A stretch of DNA of 64,000 nucleotides, taken from contig NC_043004.1 of NCBI RefSeq assembly GCF_006345805.1, positions 61,938,001-62,002,000 of the forward strand. Direction: 5' to 3'. Made by a program: the position numbers and the translations under genes. Below, one piece after another: positions 12,544-25,599 of this stretch. Position 1 is the first letter of the stretch; every line of letters begins with the position of its first letter. The DNA comes from Octopus sinensis. Lineage: Eukaryota. The notes under the pieces are model-generated. The model saw nothing but the letters and a program-made list of their open reading frames with translations, did no database searches and had not been told where the DNA came from.

Positions 12544-15135
12544 TGAGAAGATGTGACAGAGGAAAAAGGCGAGGTGGAGGTGTTGCTGTGTATGTTAAGT
12601 CTGAGCACAAGCCGTCCAGCGGTATTCTACCCACAAATGCTCAACCTACAACAAAATTCGATGCCGTCTATTGCAAGCTGAGCCTATCTGAGTTTTGCCT
12701 GCCCTGTTGGCTGTCTACAGGCCGCCTCTTGCCGACCCCCAGGACGATGCTCATTTAAGATGAGCGATAAGATTCGTTTCAGCTTCGCATGACTGTTTGG
12801 TACTAGGAGACTTCAACGCTCCCACGATCGATTGGCCCGCATCAATTTGTACAACATCTTCCCGGTTCGGCCAGGCCCTTCTCGACGTCGCTGAAGATTG
12901 TTTTCTATCGCAACATGTTGAATATCCGACAAGGCGTCGGTCTGGGCAGCAGCCATCTATGCTAGATCTGGTAGTCTCCCGCTATCCAACATCAGTGTCA
13001 GACGTATCTGTGTGCGCCCCTCTTGCCAAGAGTGATCATGCGGTCCTGAAGTTCGTCATGCACACATCTTTTTCTACGCCCACGATTACTTCGCTGCCAC
13101 GTAGAGTCTTCTCTGCAATTAATCTTGAAATTCTAACCGAGGCTTCCGCGCTTCTGGACTAGCGATCCCTGATGACGTTGTCCTCAGTTGACGAACTATG
13201 GTCATCCCTCAAAGCATATGTAATCTGTTTGACTGACCAGGCAGTTCCCGTTGGGCTTCCCAAGAGGAAGAAACACAAGCCCTGGGTGACGAAGAAGGTT
13301 AAACGAGAACGTCGACTCAGAGATATTGCTTGGGCTGAATTCAAAAATCTGGATTCGACTGCAGCTTTTGAGGTGTACAAAACTCAACGAGACCGAGCCG
13401 TGAAAATTGAAAAGAAAGAACGCTTCAGTTATGAATACAAAATCGCGGCTAATGCCAGTAGCAATCCAAAAGCCTTCTTTGCCCATGTCCAGCGGAATTC
13501 CCGCTTGAACAACCAGATTGCAACGCTGGTAGACTCAACAGGCGTATCGATTGAGGACCCTTATCAACAGAGTCAATTATTTGCCGAGGCTTTTTCAACT
13601 ATTTTCAAACAAGATGATGGTCGTGAACCCCCTCCATTTGATAGATCGGTACCTCCAATGCTTCGATTGGTCATCACGCGGGACGAAGTCAAACGTGTTA
13701 TTCAAGGCATCGATGTCAACAAGGGTCACGGCCCTGACGGCATACACCCACGGGTTATCAAAGCGTTGGCTCCAGTCATCTGCGAGCCCTTAACACGACT
13801 ATTCAATATGTCATTGGCGACGGGTGTTGTACCTGCAGACTGGAGAACAGCGATAATCTGCCCAATTTTCAAGAAAAGGAGCCGCGAAGACCCGCTTAAC
13901 TACCGACCGGTTTCCCGTACATCAATAATCAGCAAGATGTTCGAAACCATCCTTAAGAAAAGTATGATGCTCCACCTCCTAAACACAGCCTCGATCACTG
14001 ATTCCCAACACGGCTTCGTGCCGAAGAGATCATGCTTGTCCAACTTACTAGTAATGGAAGAATTGGTGACGCGCATCCTCGATGATAGTGATGCTGTTGA
14101 CATCGTTTTATTGGACTTTGCCAAAGCTTTTGACTCGGTAAACCACCGCCTACTACTTGTCAAGCTTCAAGCATATAGTTTCCATCCGGATATTGTACGA
14201 TGGGTTGGTGCCTTCCTCTCAGATCGCTCCTTCCAAGTCCAAGTTAATGGCTCGCGGTCCGACGTCTCCAGCGCGAGCAGTGGCGTGCCTCAAGGTTCAG
14301 TGCTTGGGCCCTTGTTGTTCTTAGTCTTCATAAATGACTTGCCCGACGACCTCACGCAACACACCCTTCTATTTGCCGACGATATCAAACTGGTCGCTCC
14401 TCGCGATAGTATAGAGGATCTTCGTCGATGCCTCCACCAAATTTGGAAGTGGTCTAACGATTGGGACCTGTGTCTGAACGTGTCAAAGTGCTGTCATCTG
14501 CCTGTCGGCTCTACTCCTGCAACTTGATTTCGAGCCGGGTCGTCTGCTGCTGGAGAGGACCGATCAGGTAAAGGACCTGGGTATCTTGGTGGATTCCTCC
14601 TTTTCGCCTTCGGCCCAGTGCGTCCATGCTGCCAACAAAGCACGCGGAATTCTGTTTTTGATTCGACGGTCATTCGGAATGCTCACAGCAGCCATATTCC
14701 TACCACTCTATGTCACGCTGGTGAGACCCATATTGGAGTACGGGATTCAAGCCTCTTCTCCTTATCTCCTCAAAGACATACAGCATGGTTCATGGTCTAA
14801 AAAATTTGTCCTACGAAGAAAGGCTGAGGACGCTCGACCTTTATTCTCTTGAAAAACGCCGCCGCCGTGGTGATCTCATTCTCGCCCACAACATCATAAG
14901 CGGGAAGTGTAACCTCTCGAAGGAGCTGTTCTTCACTCCTGCTCCAGAGCGTCGGCTGCGGGGTCATTCCGAAAAGCTCTACCTGCGACGATTTCATCTA
15001 AATCGAAGGAGAGGAGCTTTCTCCGTCCGGGTTGCAGATCCGTGGAACAAGCTGCCAGACGAGATGGTGAAGATGCCGACGACCGCTTTGTTCAAAGCCT
15101 CCCTGGACCTCATGTGGCCTGAACTCTTTACATGA
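12544..15135 (+). pseudogene. LINE ORF2 pseudogene split over ORFs 12537, 12797, 13172, 14586 and 14785
   Basis: Frame breaks near 12700-12780, a TAG at ~13160, a frameshift at ~14520 and an apparent short deletion at ~14785. The 451-aa RT core remains open. Confidence 0.9.
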
Positions 15136-15216
15136 ACACCACCCTGTACTTAACTCCATGTCCCCCTACATGGCCTTGCTATTTGCTTTTGAGCCAAATT
15201 AACTAACTAACTAACT

Positions 15217-15219
<3 letters not shown>
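12544..15219 (+). mobile_element. 5'-truncated CR1/L2-group LINE (APE endonuclease + RT) with (CTAA)n tail
   Basis: Motifs RRGGGVAVYVK, VLGDFNAP, LDLV, SDH, GPDGIHP, NYRPVS, QHGF, DFAKAFDSV, SGVPQGSVLGPLLF, FADD (14372), RPILEY, RRRRGDLI, WNKLP. The 3' tail is AACTAACTAACTAACTAAC. GC content is clearly above the flanks. Confidence 0.95.
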
Positions 15220-15254
<35 letters not shown>

Positions 15255-15371
15255 TAATCCAAACAAGAAAACAAAAACAAAAAAGCAACAACGCAAGGAC
15301 GTGGAACAAATAAAGTATTATTGGACGCTCAGAAAAGAAGGGAAGAAGGGAAGAAGGGAAGAAGGAGGGTA

Positions 15372-15402
15372 TGACGTTTCGAGCGGAGCTCTTCCTCGGA
15401 AA
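15372..15402 (-). ncRNA. Variant/decayed hammerhead in Neptune pLTR
   Basis: CCGAGGA-A-GAGC-TCC-GCTC-GAAAC-GTCA. One substitution from CUGAGGA. Confidence 0.5.
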
Positions 15403-15569
15403 CATAGGAGAAGGAAAGATCCAGAGAAGGGAAGACAGGGGAAAAAATCGCTAGTGATACAGACGAGGTCACATACTAAAAGACGGAAGTACTAAAAGTA
15501 GAAGAATGATGTTTTTTGAAAGACAGGAGAGCTATATCAAAGACAGTAGGTGAAGAAAGTGAGAGGGGG

Positions 15570-17970
15570 AATGTGTGTGGGTGTAGTGCGTGCGGGGAGG
15601 TCAGCGTGTGCGCATGTGTATGTATGTGTGCAATGATGACAGGTGTGTGTGTGTGTGTATGGCGAACAACTGGCTAGCAGGCTAGTAGTAACAATTAAGG
15701 AGTGGTGTTTAGGGTCCAATCGCAGGTCAAAAACAAGGAGTTATGTGTGTGCGTGTAGGTATATGTATCGTGTGTGTGTTTTATTTGTAGTATGTGTGTG
15801 TGTATGTGTGTGTTTTTGTGTGTATGCGTGGAGTTTGGGTGTGTGGCGAGTAACTGTGCTTCACTTAGTGTACGTATGTGCTTGTACGTGCGTGTGTATA
15901 TATATGTATGTATAATTGTGTGCGTGTATGTATGTGTACGTATGTGCTTGTACGTGCGTGCGTGTGTATATATATGTATGTATAATTGTGTGCGTGTATG
16001 TATGTGTATGCGTGTATGTATGGTTGTGTGCCGTGTGTATGGGATGTATGTGTGGGTTCATTTGTGTGTGTGTGTATGTATGTGCGTGTAGTTGTGTGTG
16101 CGTGTATGTGTGCGTTTGTACGTGTGTGTGTAAGCTTATATGGATGTATATGCGTGTATCCGTGGGGTTGTGAGTTTTTTTCGCGCGTGTGCATGCGTAT
16201 GTGTGCGCATGTTTTGGTGTGCGTATGTATGTGTGTGTCTGTGCTTATATGTGTGTACGTATGTGTATGTGTGCGTGCGCGTGTAGGTATATATTGTGTG
16301 TATGTATATGTGTTGGTGTGTATGTGAATTAGTGTGTGTTTGTACGTGTGTATGTGTGTGCGTGTATTGTATATATATGTAAATGTGTGTGTGTGTGTGT
16401 GCGTGTGCATGCGAGGGAGTGAATGTATGTATATATGTGCGTGTGTGTACAAATGCAGGGGCGCATATGTGTGTTTATATGTTTATATGCGTGTATATAT
16501 ATATGTATGCTAGCACACACTTTATAATTCAAAGATAGATGGAATTTTTTTTTGTGTGGGTGTATGTGAATCCACAGGCACACACACACACGCACTGACG
16601 CACGCCTGCAATAGAGCCAAACCCATATGCATGTATGTGTGTATGTATGTATGTATGTGTGTGTGTATGTATGTGTGTGTATGTATGTATGTGTGTGCGT
16701 ATGTTATGTATGTATGTGTGAGTGTATATCTGTATGTATGTATGTCTGTATGTATGTATGTATGTATGTGTGTATGTGTGTGTATGTGTGTGTGTATGTA
16801 TGTATGTATGTGTGTATGTATGTATATGTGCATGCGTGTATGTGTGTGTGTATGTGTGTATATATGTGTGCATGCGTGTATGTGTGTATGTGTGTGTGTG
16901 TGATGTCTGTATGAATGTGTGTATGTATGTGTGTGTATGTGTGCATGCATGTATGTGTGTATGTATGTATGTATGTGTGCATGCGTGTATGTATGTATGT
17001 GTGTGTATGTATGTATGTATGTATGTGTGTATGTATGTGTTTGTATATGTGTATGTGCATATATGTGTGTGTATGTATGTGTGTATGTGTGTTTGTGTGT
17101 ATGTATGTGTGTATATGTGTATGTGTGTATGTGTGTGTATGTATGTGTGTATGTATGTGTGTATGTATATATGTGTGTGTATGTGTATGTTTGTGTGTGT
17201 ATGTATGTATGTATGTATGAATGAATGTATGAATGTATGTATGTATGTGTGCATGCGTGTATGTGTGTATGTGTGTGTATGTATGTCTGTATGTATGTGT
17301 GTATTTATGTGTGTGTATGTGTGCATGCATGTATGTGTGTATGTATGTATGTGTGCATGCGTGTATGTGTGTATGTGTGTATGTATGTATGTATGTATGT
17401 GTGTATGTATGTGTGTATATGTGTATGTGCATATATGTGTGTGTATGTATGTGTGTATATGTGTTTGTGCGTATGTATATGTGTATGTGTGTATGTGTGT
17501 ATGTGTGTGTATGTATGTATGTGTGTATGTATGTGTGTATGTATATATACGTGTGTGTATGTGTATGTTTGTGTGTCTGTATGTATGTATGTATGTATGT
17601 ATGAATGAATGTATGAATGTATGTATGTATGTGTGTGTACGTATGTATGCGTGTGTGTGTGAATGTATGCGTGTGTCGGTGGGGTTTCCTCTGGAGTTGT
17701 GTGGGCGTAATGTACATGCGCGTGACGTGCGTGTATGGGTGTGTGTGTCTCTGCTCGGTGTTTATAAAGGTGTGCTTCTCTGTATGAGTATTGTTTGTTG
17801 GTGTGTGTGCATGGGCATGTGTGTGTTCGCGTGGATGTGTGTGGGTGTGTGTATAGTTGTGGAAGTATGTGTGCATACATGTGCGTGTAGGTTGTATGTG
17901 TGTGGTGTGTTGGAAGTATGTGTGTTGGAGGGTGTGTTCGTGGATACGTGAGTATATGTGTGTGTGTTTG
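15570..17970. repeat. Compound (TG)n/(TATG)n low-complexity tract with internal higher-order duplication
   Basis: Directly visible. It is the source of all the HT/CV/MY pseudo-ORFs. Confidence 0.97.
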
Positions 17971-18639
17971 TATAAGGATAAAAAATAAAATGGGGGGAGA
18001 TGTGGAGCGCAGTCACTAAGAGGAGGGGCTGTGTTGAGTCCGTGTGGGGTATTGGTTTGTAGAGTGAAGATGAAACGTTGCTCCAAGTGAAGCCTGGATT
18101 GTGGAGGACCGATGTGTGGGGCGAGACCAAAACACAGAGATGTCATCGGGAGAATACCTGGCCGAGCGGAAGTGACGAGCGAAGGGATAAAAGGACCGTA
18201 GACGAACATCCCTTATATGTTCGGCGAATTGTCTGACAACCGGCGTCCCGTCTGTCCTATATACAAGATGCCACAGAGGTTGCATTTAATGCAGTATATG
18301 AAGCCAGACGAAGTGCACGTAAAAGAATGTCTGATACGTACAGTTCGCTGGTTGGAACCGGTGACAGCAGTGGTGTTGATGATAAAGGGGCAGGTGTTGC
18401 AGCGGGATCTAGAGCACGGGAAAGATCCGTGTGGGGCTGAAGGGGAAGAAGAGAGGGTGCTATGGACCAGGAGGTCGTGTAGATTCCGGGCTCGTTTGAA
18501 GGAGGACAGGGGTGGGTTGGGGAAAATGGGGCGGGTCGTGCGATCGATCTGGAGGTGACGGAAGGCACGTAGTATCTTCCGACGAAGGGATAGAGTAGAG
18601 GGGTGGAAAAGGAGGTCATAAATGTTCGTGGAATTGCAT

Positions 18640-18913
18640 ATAGAAAGTTACCCTCCGAGGCACAAGTCTGGGCAAAGTAGTTTTATGGAAGACCAATTGT
18701 CGCTACATACTACATTCCCCTCTCAACGCCGCCCATGTTATCGAAAGGTATGGCGAAGACCGATATAGCTTGGCACTACCGACATTGCAACTCAATTCCA
18801 CAATAGAGTAAGTCGTAATAAAAGATCTTTCTGAATAACGCAAACAAAACAACCTGTTCCGGGAATTGAACTCTCTACCTCATCATTTTAAGCCCAACGC
18901 TCTAACCACTCAG
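18640..18913 (-). mobile_element. Degenerate tRNA-derived SINE (family B)
   Basis: Head (rc) CTGAGTGGTTAGAGCGTTGG...AGTTCAATTCCCGG. Body similar to 61190-61500 and 22860-23015. Confidence 0.6.
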
Positions 18914-19079
18914 ATATGTATACATATGTATACATACACATATAAATATCTGCAATGTCTCCATATCTACCGTCTCTGCTATAACGTTTGAGCCCTAGTA
19001 ATCCGTTAAAACACATACGTAGTGTACCTAATCGTTTAGATCACCTGTGAACTAAACACCGTGCTTTATATGAATATAT

Positions 19080-19260
19080 AGAGAGAGAATTCAGGAAAAA
19101 AAACAAAAGACGAAGACAGATGGTATAGAAAACCAACAGATGTATTAGTATAACGCTTGGGAGTTGAAAAGTCTTTAACGTTTCGAGCCTACGCTCTTCC
19201 ACAGAAAGGAACACAGAAAGAAACAAGGAGAGAAAAAATGTGTGTAGTGGCTGCTGATAT
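19080..19260 (-). mobile_element. PLE pLTR remnant with variant hammerhead
   Basis: CTGTGGA-A-GAGC-GTAG-GCTC-GAAAC-GTTAA at ~19204-19175. Homologous to 62760-62925. Confidence 0.7.
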
Positions 19261-19316
19261 ATCATCTCTCTCTCTCTCTATCTATCTATCTCTCTCTCTC
19301 TCTATCTATCTCTCTA

Positions 19317-19360
<44 letters not shown>

Positions 19361-19383
19361 CATACAAGTACACACCACAAACC

Positions 19384-19429
<46 letters not shown>

Positions 19430-19442
19430 AATATATATATAC

Positions 19443-19499
<57 letters not shown>

Positions 19500-21082
19500 A
19501 TGTAACGATAGTTACTCAATGATATTTTGTCCGTTACCGTTGATAATGAAGCATCTGCGTATGTGTCCTTCTTGATTCATAATCTGTACTGTTGAGGAAG
19601 ACGTCTGTAAAATTTGGCGAAAGGGTAACGTATATTTATGATAGTTATTTTTAAATTTCATCATATGGTTATTTAATATCCAATTAACATTAAGCTATTA
19701 CGTATATAACCGTGATCGTAAAGGCTATGCAGAAAATACAGATAAAATTTCTAGAGACCTCAGGATGCTGGTAAATAAAGAATCATACATCAGCCACCTT
19801 CTTGTACGTGCATGCTCGAAAGAAAGGTGATGAAAATCTACTGATATTGGATTAACGTTTCAAATACAGGGCGTTGATAACGTATTGCACTCTCCTTTCC
19901 AACATGTATACGAGTGGAAGAGACGTGTGATAACCAGTTGTATTAATAAAAAGAAAACAATATAAGTAGATGATGTAGAATATTGTTATGATATTTTGGA
20001 GATAAATATGTTAAGACAGGCATTATTATTTACTCCATTCCTGTTCAGCATATTTTATAGAGCTCTCTCCATCATCTACATCGATTCGGTTTTAAGTTAA
20101 TTAAAATAATTGTGAATTAATGTATGGACTTTACATGTGAAATTGTAAGCATATTCTCTACTCAAGTATCAGCTGTACGTTACACATTCTGTTGAACAGA
20201 ATTATTCTTAGAAATGGTTGAGAATGTGGTAACAGAATAGAACACCTCCATCAAATTTGGCATAAGTATGATGAGGTATATTATTCTTCGACCAGTCTTC
20301 TGATACAAATCTCGGTAAAAATATAGAATGAAAGCAAAATGCAAAATAAACAAAACAAACAAATAAATATAAAATGAAAAAGAAAACTGTAAGGAAATGA
20401 TGATGATATTAAACTCAGTTAGATGAGTTGTGCGATGCAAGAAAACACAGGCTTCGCTGCCGCCTCTTTTACAACAGAATATGTCTGAATAACATTCACA
20501 TGTTTAACTAATATCTTTGATTAATTTATTTATTTTATAACAGACTTTATGTCACATTTATAACCAAAATTCCAATAAATAATACCAATGAACAATATTT
20601 TTGTTAATAAGACATGTCGTGACGCAATGAACAATGAATCTAATGAATTTGCATTAAACAGTTAGAAGAAATACCAATGTCATCACATAATATAGATATT
20701 GGAAATATCATGATTGGTTTGATTACTTTGTGAAATAACACATCTCGTATTCTATAACGATAATATAAAGAGATTTATTAGTATCCCGCTAGTTTGTCAT
20801 CAACACATAATTAATTTTGTATAGAGTAACTACATGATAAACATTTTATTAAAACTCATCTGAGATTAGCGAATTTATCATAATGTGTATAATAGAAACT
20901 ACACTTTCTAGATCGTCTACTAATGTCTCCATCTAAAATTTCTCCATTATTTCCCATACAGATATGGTTTGTGGGTGCGTGTATATTATATATATATATA
21001 TATATAATCTATATATATATAATATATATATATAATTACTATATATATATTATATATATACCATATGGGTTTGTTGTGTGCG

Positions 21083-21129
<47 letters not shown>

Positions 21130-21177
21130 ATATAATATATATATATATATATATACCAAATATGGGTTTGTGTGTGC

Positions 21178-21216
<39 letters not shown>

Positions 21217-22494
21217 AATATGTGTGGTGTGGTGCCTCTGTTGGGTGTGTGTCTGTGTGTGTCTCTGTGTGTGTCTCTGTATTTGTGTCTGTGTGTGCTC
21301 TGCTGACGAGAAAGACCCACTAGGCATGTCCATAAATTGATCAATTCAGAGTTATTTTATTGTTATCAAGTTTCCCATAGACTTGCTCCCCGATTTCAAA
21401 ACGTTACTAATTTTGTGATGATTTTTAAAGTGTTTGGTCAATCTGACGTCTGTTTTCAGTATATAGGCTAGACTTTTTCTATGCTCTTAATTATATATAT
21501 ATATAAAACCAAAAAATAAGAATAAAGCATCCAGGTGTGTACCATATTATGGCTAGTCTCATCGATTTGTAAGGAGTACATTAAAGTCACTTAAGGTAAG
21601 CAATGCCACTGGCAATTTCATCCGGTGGGCAAACACTAAATACTGTTCTGCAGATTATAAGTATTTTACTGAGTGTATATCCAGCATAATTACCATAAAT
21701 ACGGAGATTGTTACATCTGCCTATTTTTTTCTACAGACATTTATACAACATAATTTGTATTAATTTGTTCGACGCATGGTTCTGCTGCATGCAGAACTAG
21801 CAAGTTCATTTGCATTAATTTACCTTCACCTGGTTAATATTCTATATAATCTTATTCAAGAACCGTCTAAACTAGCTATATACAACGTATATATAATCTT
21901 AGCTAGATTAAATGAAAAGAATGTGAGAGGAAGATTTAGAAATTTGTTACGGCTACAAAACCGCTATGAGGTTAAACTAATACTGACCTTAGGTCTGAGG
22001 TTAGAAATGAGAATACTAGATCTATAATTGGATTAAAGTATTTCTTAAAAATAGACCCACTAGCTATATGTGGACTATCAATCTTACGATATTTTGTACA
22101 ATTATTGGCTACTAAATTAGATATAATCAATATATTCAGGTATGGATGATATATTTGTGAACGCAGTTCGAGTTATTTTCTTTGGATAAATCAAGTTGAC
22201 TATTAGATGCAGTTTTGTTAGATATATGAGTTATACGAGCTTTTTAAAATGTGCATAGACTGATGATCAGTTGAAAGTAAATGGATCCCAATGCAAGTGT
22301 GTGATCTCTATGCAGCGGAATCTTCCATCGCATAAGTTTAAACTAAATATGATGTAAATGACTATAGATAAAGTAAAACAAATATATAGATGTACTACAC
22401 ACCGTAATAATTGCTACGATATATATATATATATATATATATAAACATACACACACAATCGCATATAATATATATGCACAGATACATACATATA

Positions 22495-22539
<45 letters not shown>

Positions 22540-22542
<3 letters not shown>

Positions 22543-22670
22543 TATTTTATAGAAGGAGCTTCTACAGGACTAGAACTGTTTCATTCAAAAGAAATCATCA
22601 GGAAGCTCTGATGATTTCTTTTGAATGAAACAGTTCTTTAGTCTGTAGAAGCTCCTATATAAAATAAAAT
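22540..22670. mobile_element. Tiny fold-back cassette in (TA)n consisting almost entirely of two overlapping opposed hammerheads
   Basis: Arms 22540-22601 and 22608-22670 are reverse complements. Confidence 0.85.
22556..22608 (-). ncRNA. Type I hammerhead ribozyme with all three stems
   Basis: GAGCTTC-CTGATGA-TTTC-TTTT-GAAT-GAA-ACAG-TTCTAGTC-CTGT-A^GAAGCTC. Stem I is 7 bp, stem III 4 bp, cleavage triplet GUA. Confidence 0.88.
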
Positions 22671-22687
22671 ATATTATATATATATAT

Positions 22688-22767
<80 letters not shown>

Positions 22768-23060
22768 GTATGTATGTGTATATAAATATATATTACTCAA
22801 CTCGTATTGTTACGAATGACCCTGAATGCACAGAAGAGGTTCCAATCTAGATTACAGTAGGAAGTCGCCTGACAGGCGAACACCCGGCCTAAGATTGCTT
22901 TTATGGAAGACCACCAGTCGCCAATATATACCAGCCTCTCCTCTTCACTCCACCTTTGTTATCCAAGGAAAAGTTAAATGATGATACAGATTGGCACCTG
23001 TGACGTCGCAACTCATTTGAATCGGACTCATACATAACCATATATATATATATATATATA

Positions 23061-23595
23061 TAAACGTAAAGGCGCGTGTATCAGTAGTTACAGCGTCGAT
23101 CATACGATCGTGAGGTTATGTATGAGTCTGATTTCTGTACCGAGCAGCGTGTTGTGTTCTTGAGCAAGACACTTTATTTCACGTTGCTCCTGTTCGCTCC
23201 GCTTTTCAAATGAGTTGCGATGTCACACACACACACACACACACCACACACACACACACATATACATGTGTGTGTGTGATTGTGTATGTGTGTGTGTATG
23301 TATGTATAATAAAGGGGTTTTATTCGCAATTTACAAAGGAAAGGCAGAATTATAGACGTCACTAAAGTGTCTAAGCAGTGATAGAAATAAGAGTTAAAAC
23401 AGCTCTTAGCCCCGAGAAAGCACTATTACTGAGAAGGGAGGCAAGTTCCTTACAGCTACATCCCGGACGCTATAGGGAGCTTGCCTACCTTGTCAATCAT
23501 AGGATAAGTACTTTCTCGTGGCTAAGTGTGTGTCCTGAATCTTATTACTAGCAATACTGGTGCTGACTATAACCCTTACACGTTAGTGGCGTCTA

Positions 23596-23669
<74 letters not shown>

Positions 23670-24196
23670 AACGTAAAGGCGCGTGTATCAGTATTACAGC
23701 GTCGATCATACGATCGTGAGGTTATGTATGAGTTTGATTTCTGTACGCGAGCAGCGTGTTGTGTTCTTGAGCAAGACACTTTATTTCACGTTGCTCCTGT
23801 TCGCCCCGCTTTTCAAATGAGTTGCGATGTCCACACCACACACACACACCACACACACACATATATACATGTGTGTGTGTGATTGTGTATGTGTGTGGTA
23901 TGTATGTATAATAAAGGGGTTTATTCCGCAATTCCAAAGGAAAGGCAGAATTATAGACGTCACTAAAGTGTCTAAGCAGTGATAGAAATAAGAGTTAAAA
24001 CAGCTCTTAGCCCCGAGAAAGCCACTATTACTGAGAAGGGAGGCAAGTTCCTTACAGCTACATCCCGGACGCTATAGGGAGCTTGCCTACCTTGTCAATC
24101 ATAGGATAAGTACTTTCTCGTGGCTAAGTGTTGTCCTGATCTTATTACTAGCAATACTGGTGCTGACTATAACCCTTACACGTTAGTGGCGTCTAT
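23061..24196. repeat. Tandem duplication (~607-bp period): SINE remnant + CA/TG repeat + rod-like hairpin
   Basis: 23061-23596 and 23668-24196 are near-identical and separated by (TA)n. Confidence 0.93.
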
Positions 24197-24197
24197 A

Positions 24198-24248
<51 letters not shown>

Positions 24249-25599
24249 GGGTATCGAGCATCTTTAATTATAATTTACAATTGTTTCGATAACACGAAGT
24301 TCTTAATGCCATTGCACATATTTCATGGAAAATGCTATGTAATATTTGTGGTGAGAAACGAAACGAACTGTTACAATTGTTTTACGTACTAAGTTCTCAT
24401 TCCGTCGAGGTCGAGATTGCCTTTCAATATTTCGGGCAGCACAAATGATACTATTTGGACAAAAATGGCAATGAAATCAACTTATCTTGTCCCCCGAGGT
24501 TCCCAGCCTTGTACCAAAAAATGGACTAGTATTTGAGCTGATTTAATTTAGAGTAGCACTACATCAAATGCTTAGCCGTTGCACAATGCGAGGGTAAATT
24601 ATTTGATGTAAGGCTGATAAAATGTAAATATTACTTGAATTTCCACATGAATATTTGCGTGCAATAGCGCCCAAAGCGGAGTGTAACTGAAACAATTGTA
24701 GAAGTAATTAAATTTGTGATATACTTGTTCTTTGTCATTGTATTTGGATATCATAATGCTCTTCATAACATACAAACGTTAGATTTACCGATGATGTTCT
24801 CGGATTTCTTACACTTGTCAATTTTCAGTCTTCCGGGAGATTGTTAGCAAACAGTGTAGACAGACACGGCTTCGCGCGAAGAGTTGCTTTGGAAATACTC
24901 CGATTTTCGACAGTATCAAGATCATAACATATACTTGAAATCAAATATGCACACACACACATACACACAGACGTATATACACACACTCGCGCGCGCACAC
25001 ACACTCACATCCACAAACATATATTTATAGTCCCAAACCTGGATGTATTATAAGAGACTTGCTTCTAGTCCTTGTGTGTCCAGATTCATTTGCACAGCGT
25101 TGCAAGTTATTGGCAATTGTCTCCTACTATAGTCACTGCACGGCCCACCCGAAGCCTTCTGAGGGATTTTAGTAGGTGGAAGAATAACGCTATTCATACA
25201 TGCTACATCTATACACATACACGTAAATACATAATTACATACATACACGCAAACACACACACAGACAGGCGGGCGCACAAAAAATACAATTGCGCGTGCA
25301 CACACACACACAAATATAATCTGATGTAGCCTTCGTGTAAATTAACATTCTAGACCTTATGTTCGGGTATGTTGTAGTGCATATATATATATATATAAAA
25401 ACCCTTATACTAGAAGAAGATCCGCTATGATCTCAACCACTAAGAATTGTTCTCCAGAAAATTTAGCACACCAGAAACATAAGCGAGCAAGACAAATGAA
25501 AAATAACAAAAATATAGATTAATCACAAATAATTGTTTCACTATCAATAAATTACGTAATTTTACCTACACAATTTGTCTGTAGATCGTGAGTGTGATC

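Larger units (their letters stand above)
15250..18620 (-). mobile_element. 5'-truncated Neptune-type Penelope-like element: Cys linker + GIY-YIG, ~2.4-kb microsatellite 3' region, pLTR with hammerhead-like motif
   Basis: Minus-strand translation of 18620-18010 gives FKRARNLHDLLVHS..FPCSRSRCNTCPFI..FTCTSSGFIYCIKCNLCGILYIGQTGRR..FAEHIRD..ARHF..LEQRFIFTLQTNTPHGLN. The terminal motif is at 15372-15402 and the element ends at (TA)n. Confidence 0.85.

Noticed and set aside
15643-17951. ORFs up to 501 aa rich in HT/YI or CV/MY
   Set aside because: Stop-free microsatellite. Only the first ~65 aa of 16704-18209 belong to the PLE endonuclease region.
21550-21630. Minus-strand CGGATGA...GAGAC, a possible decayed hammerhead
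   Set aside because: Both core boxes are mutated and stem II is not evident.
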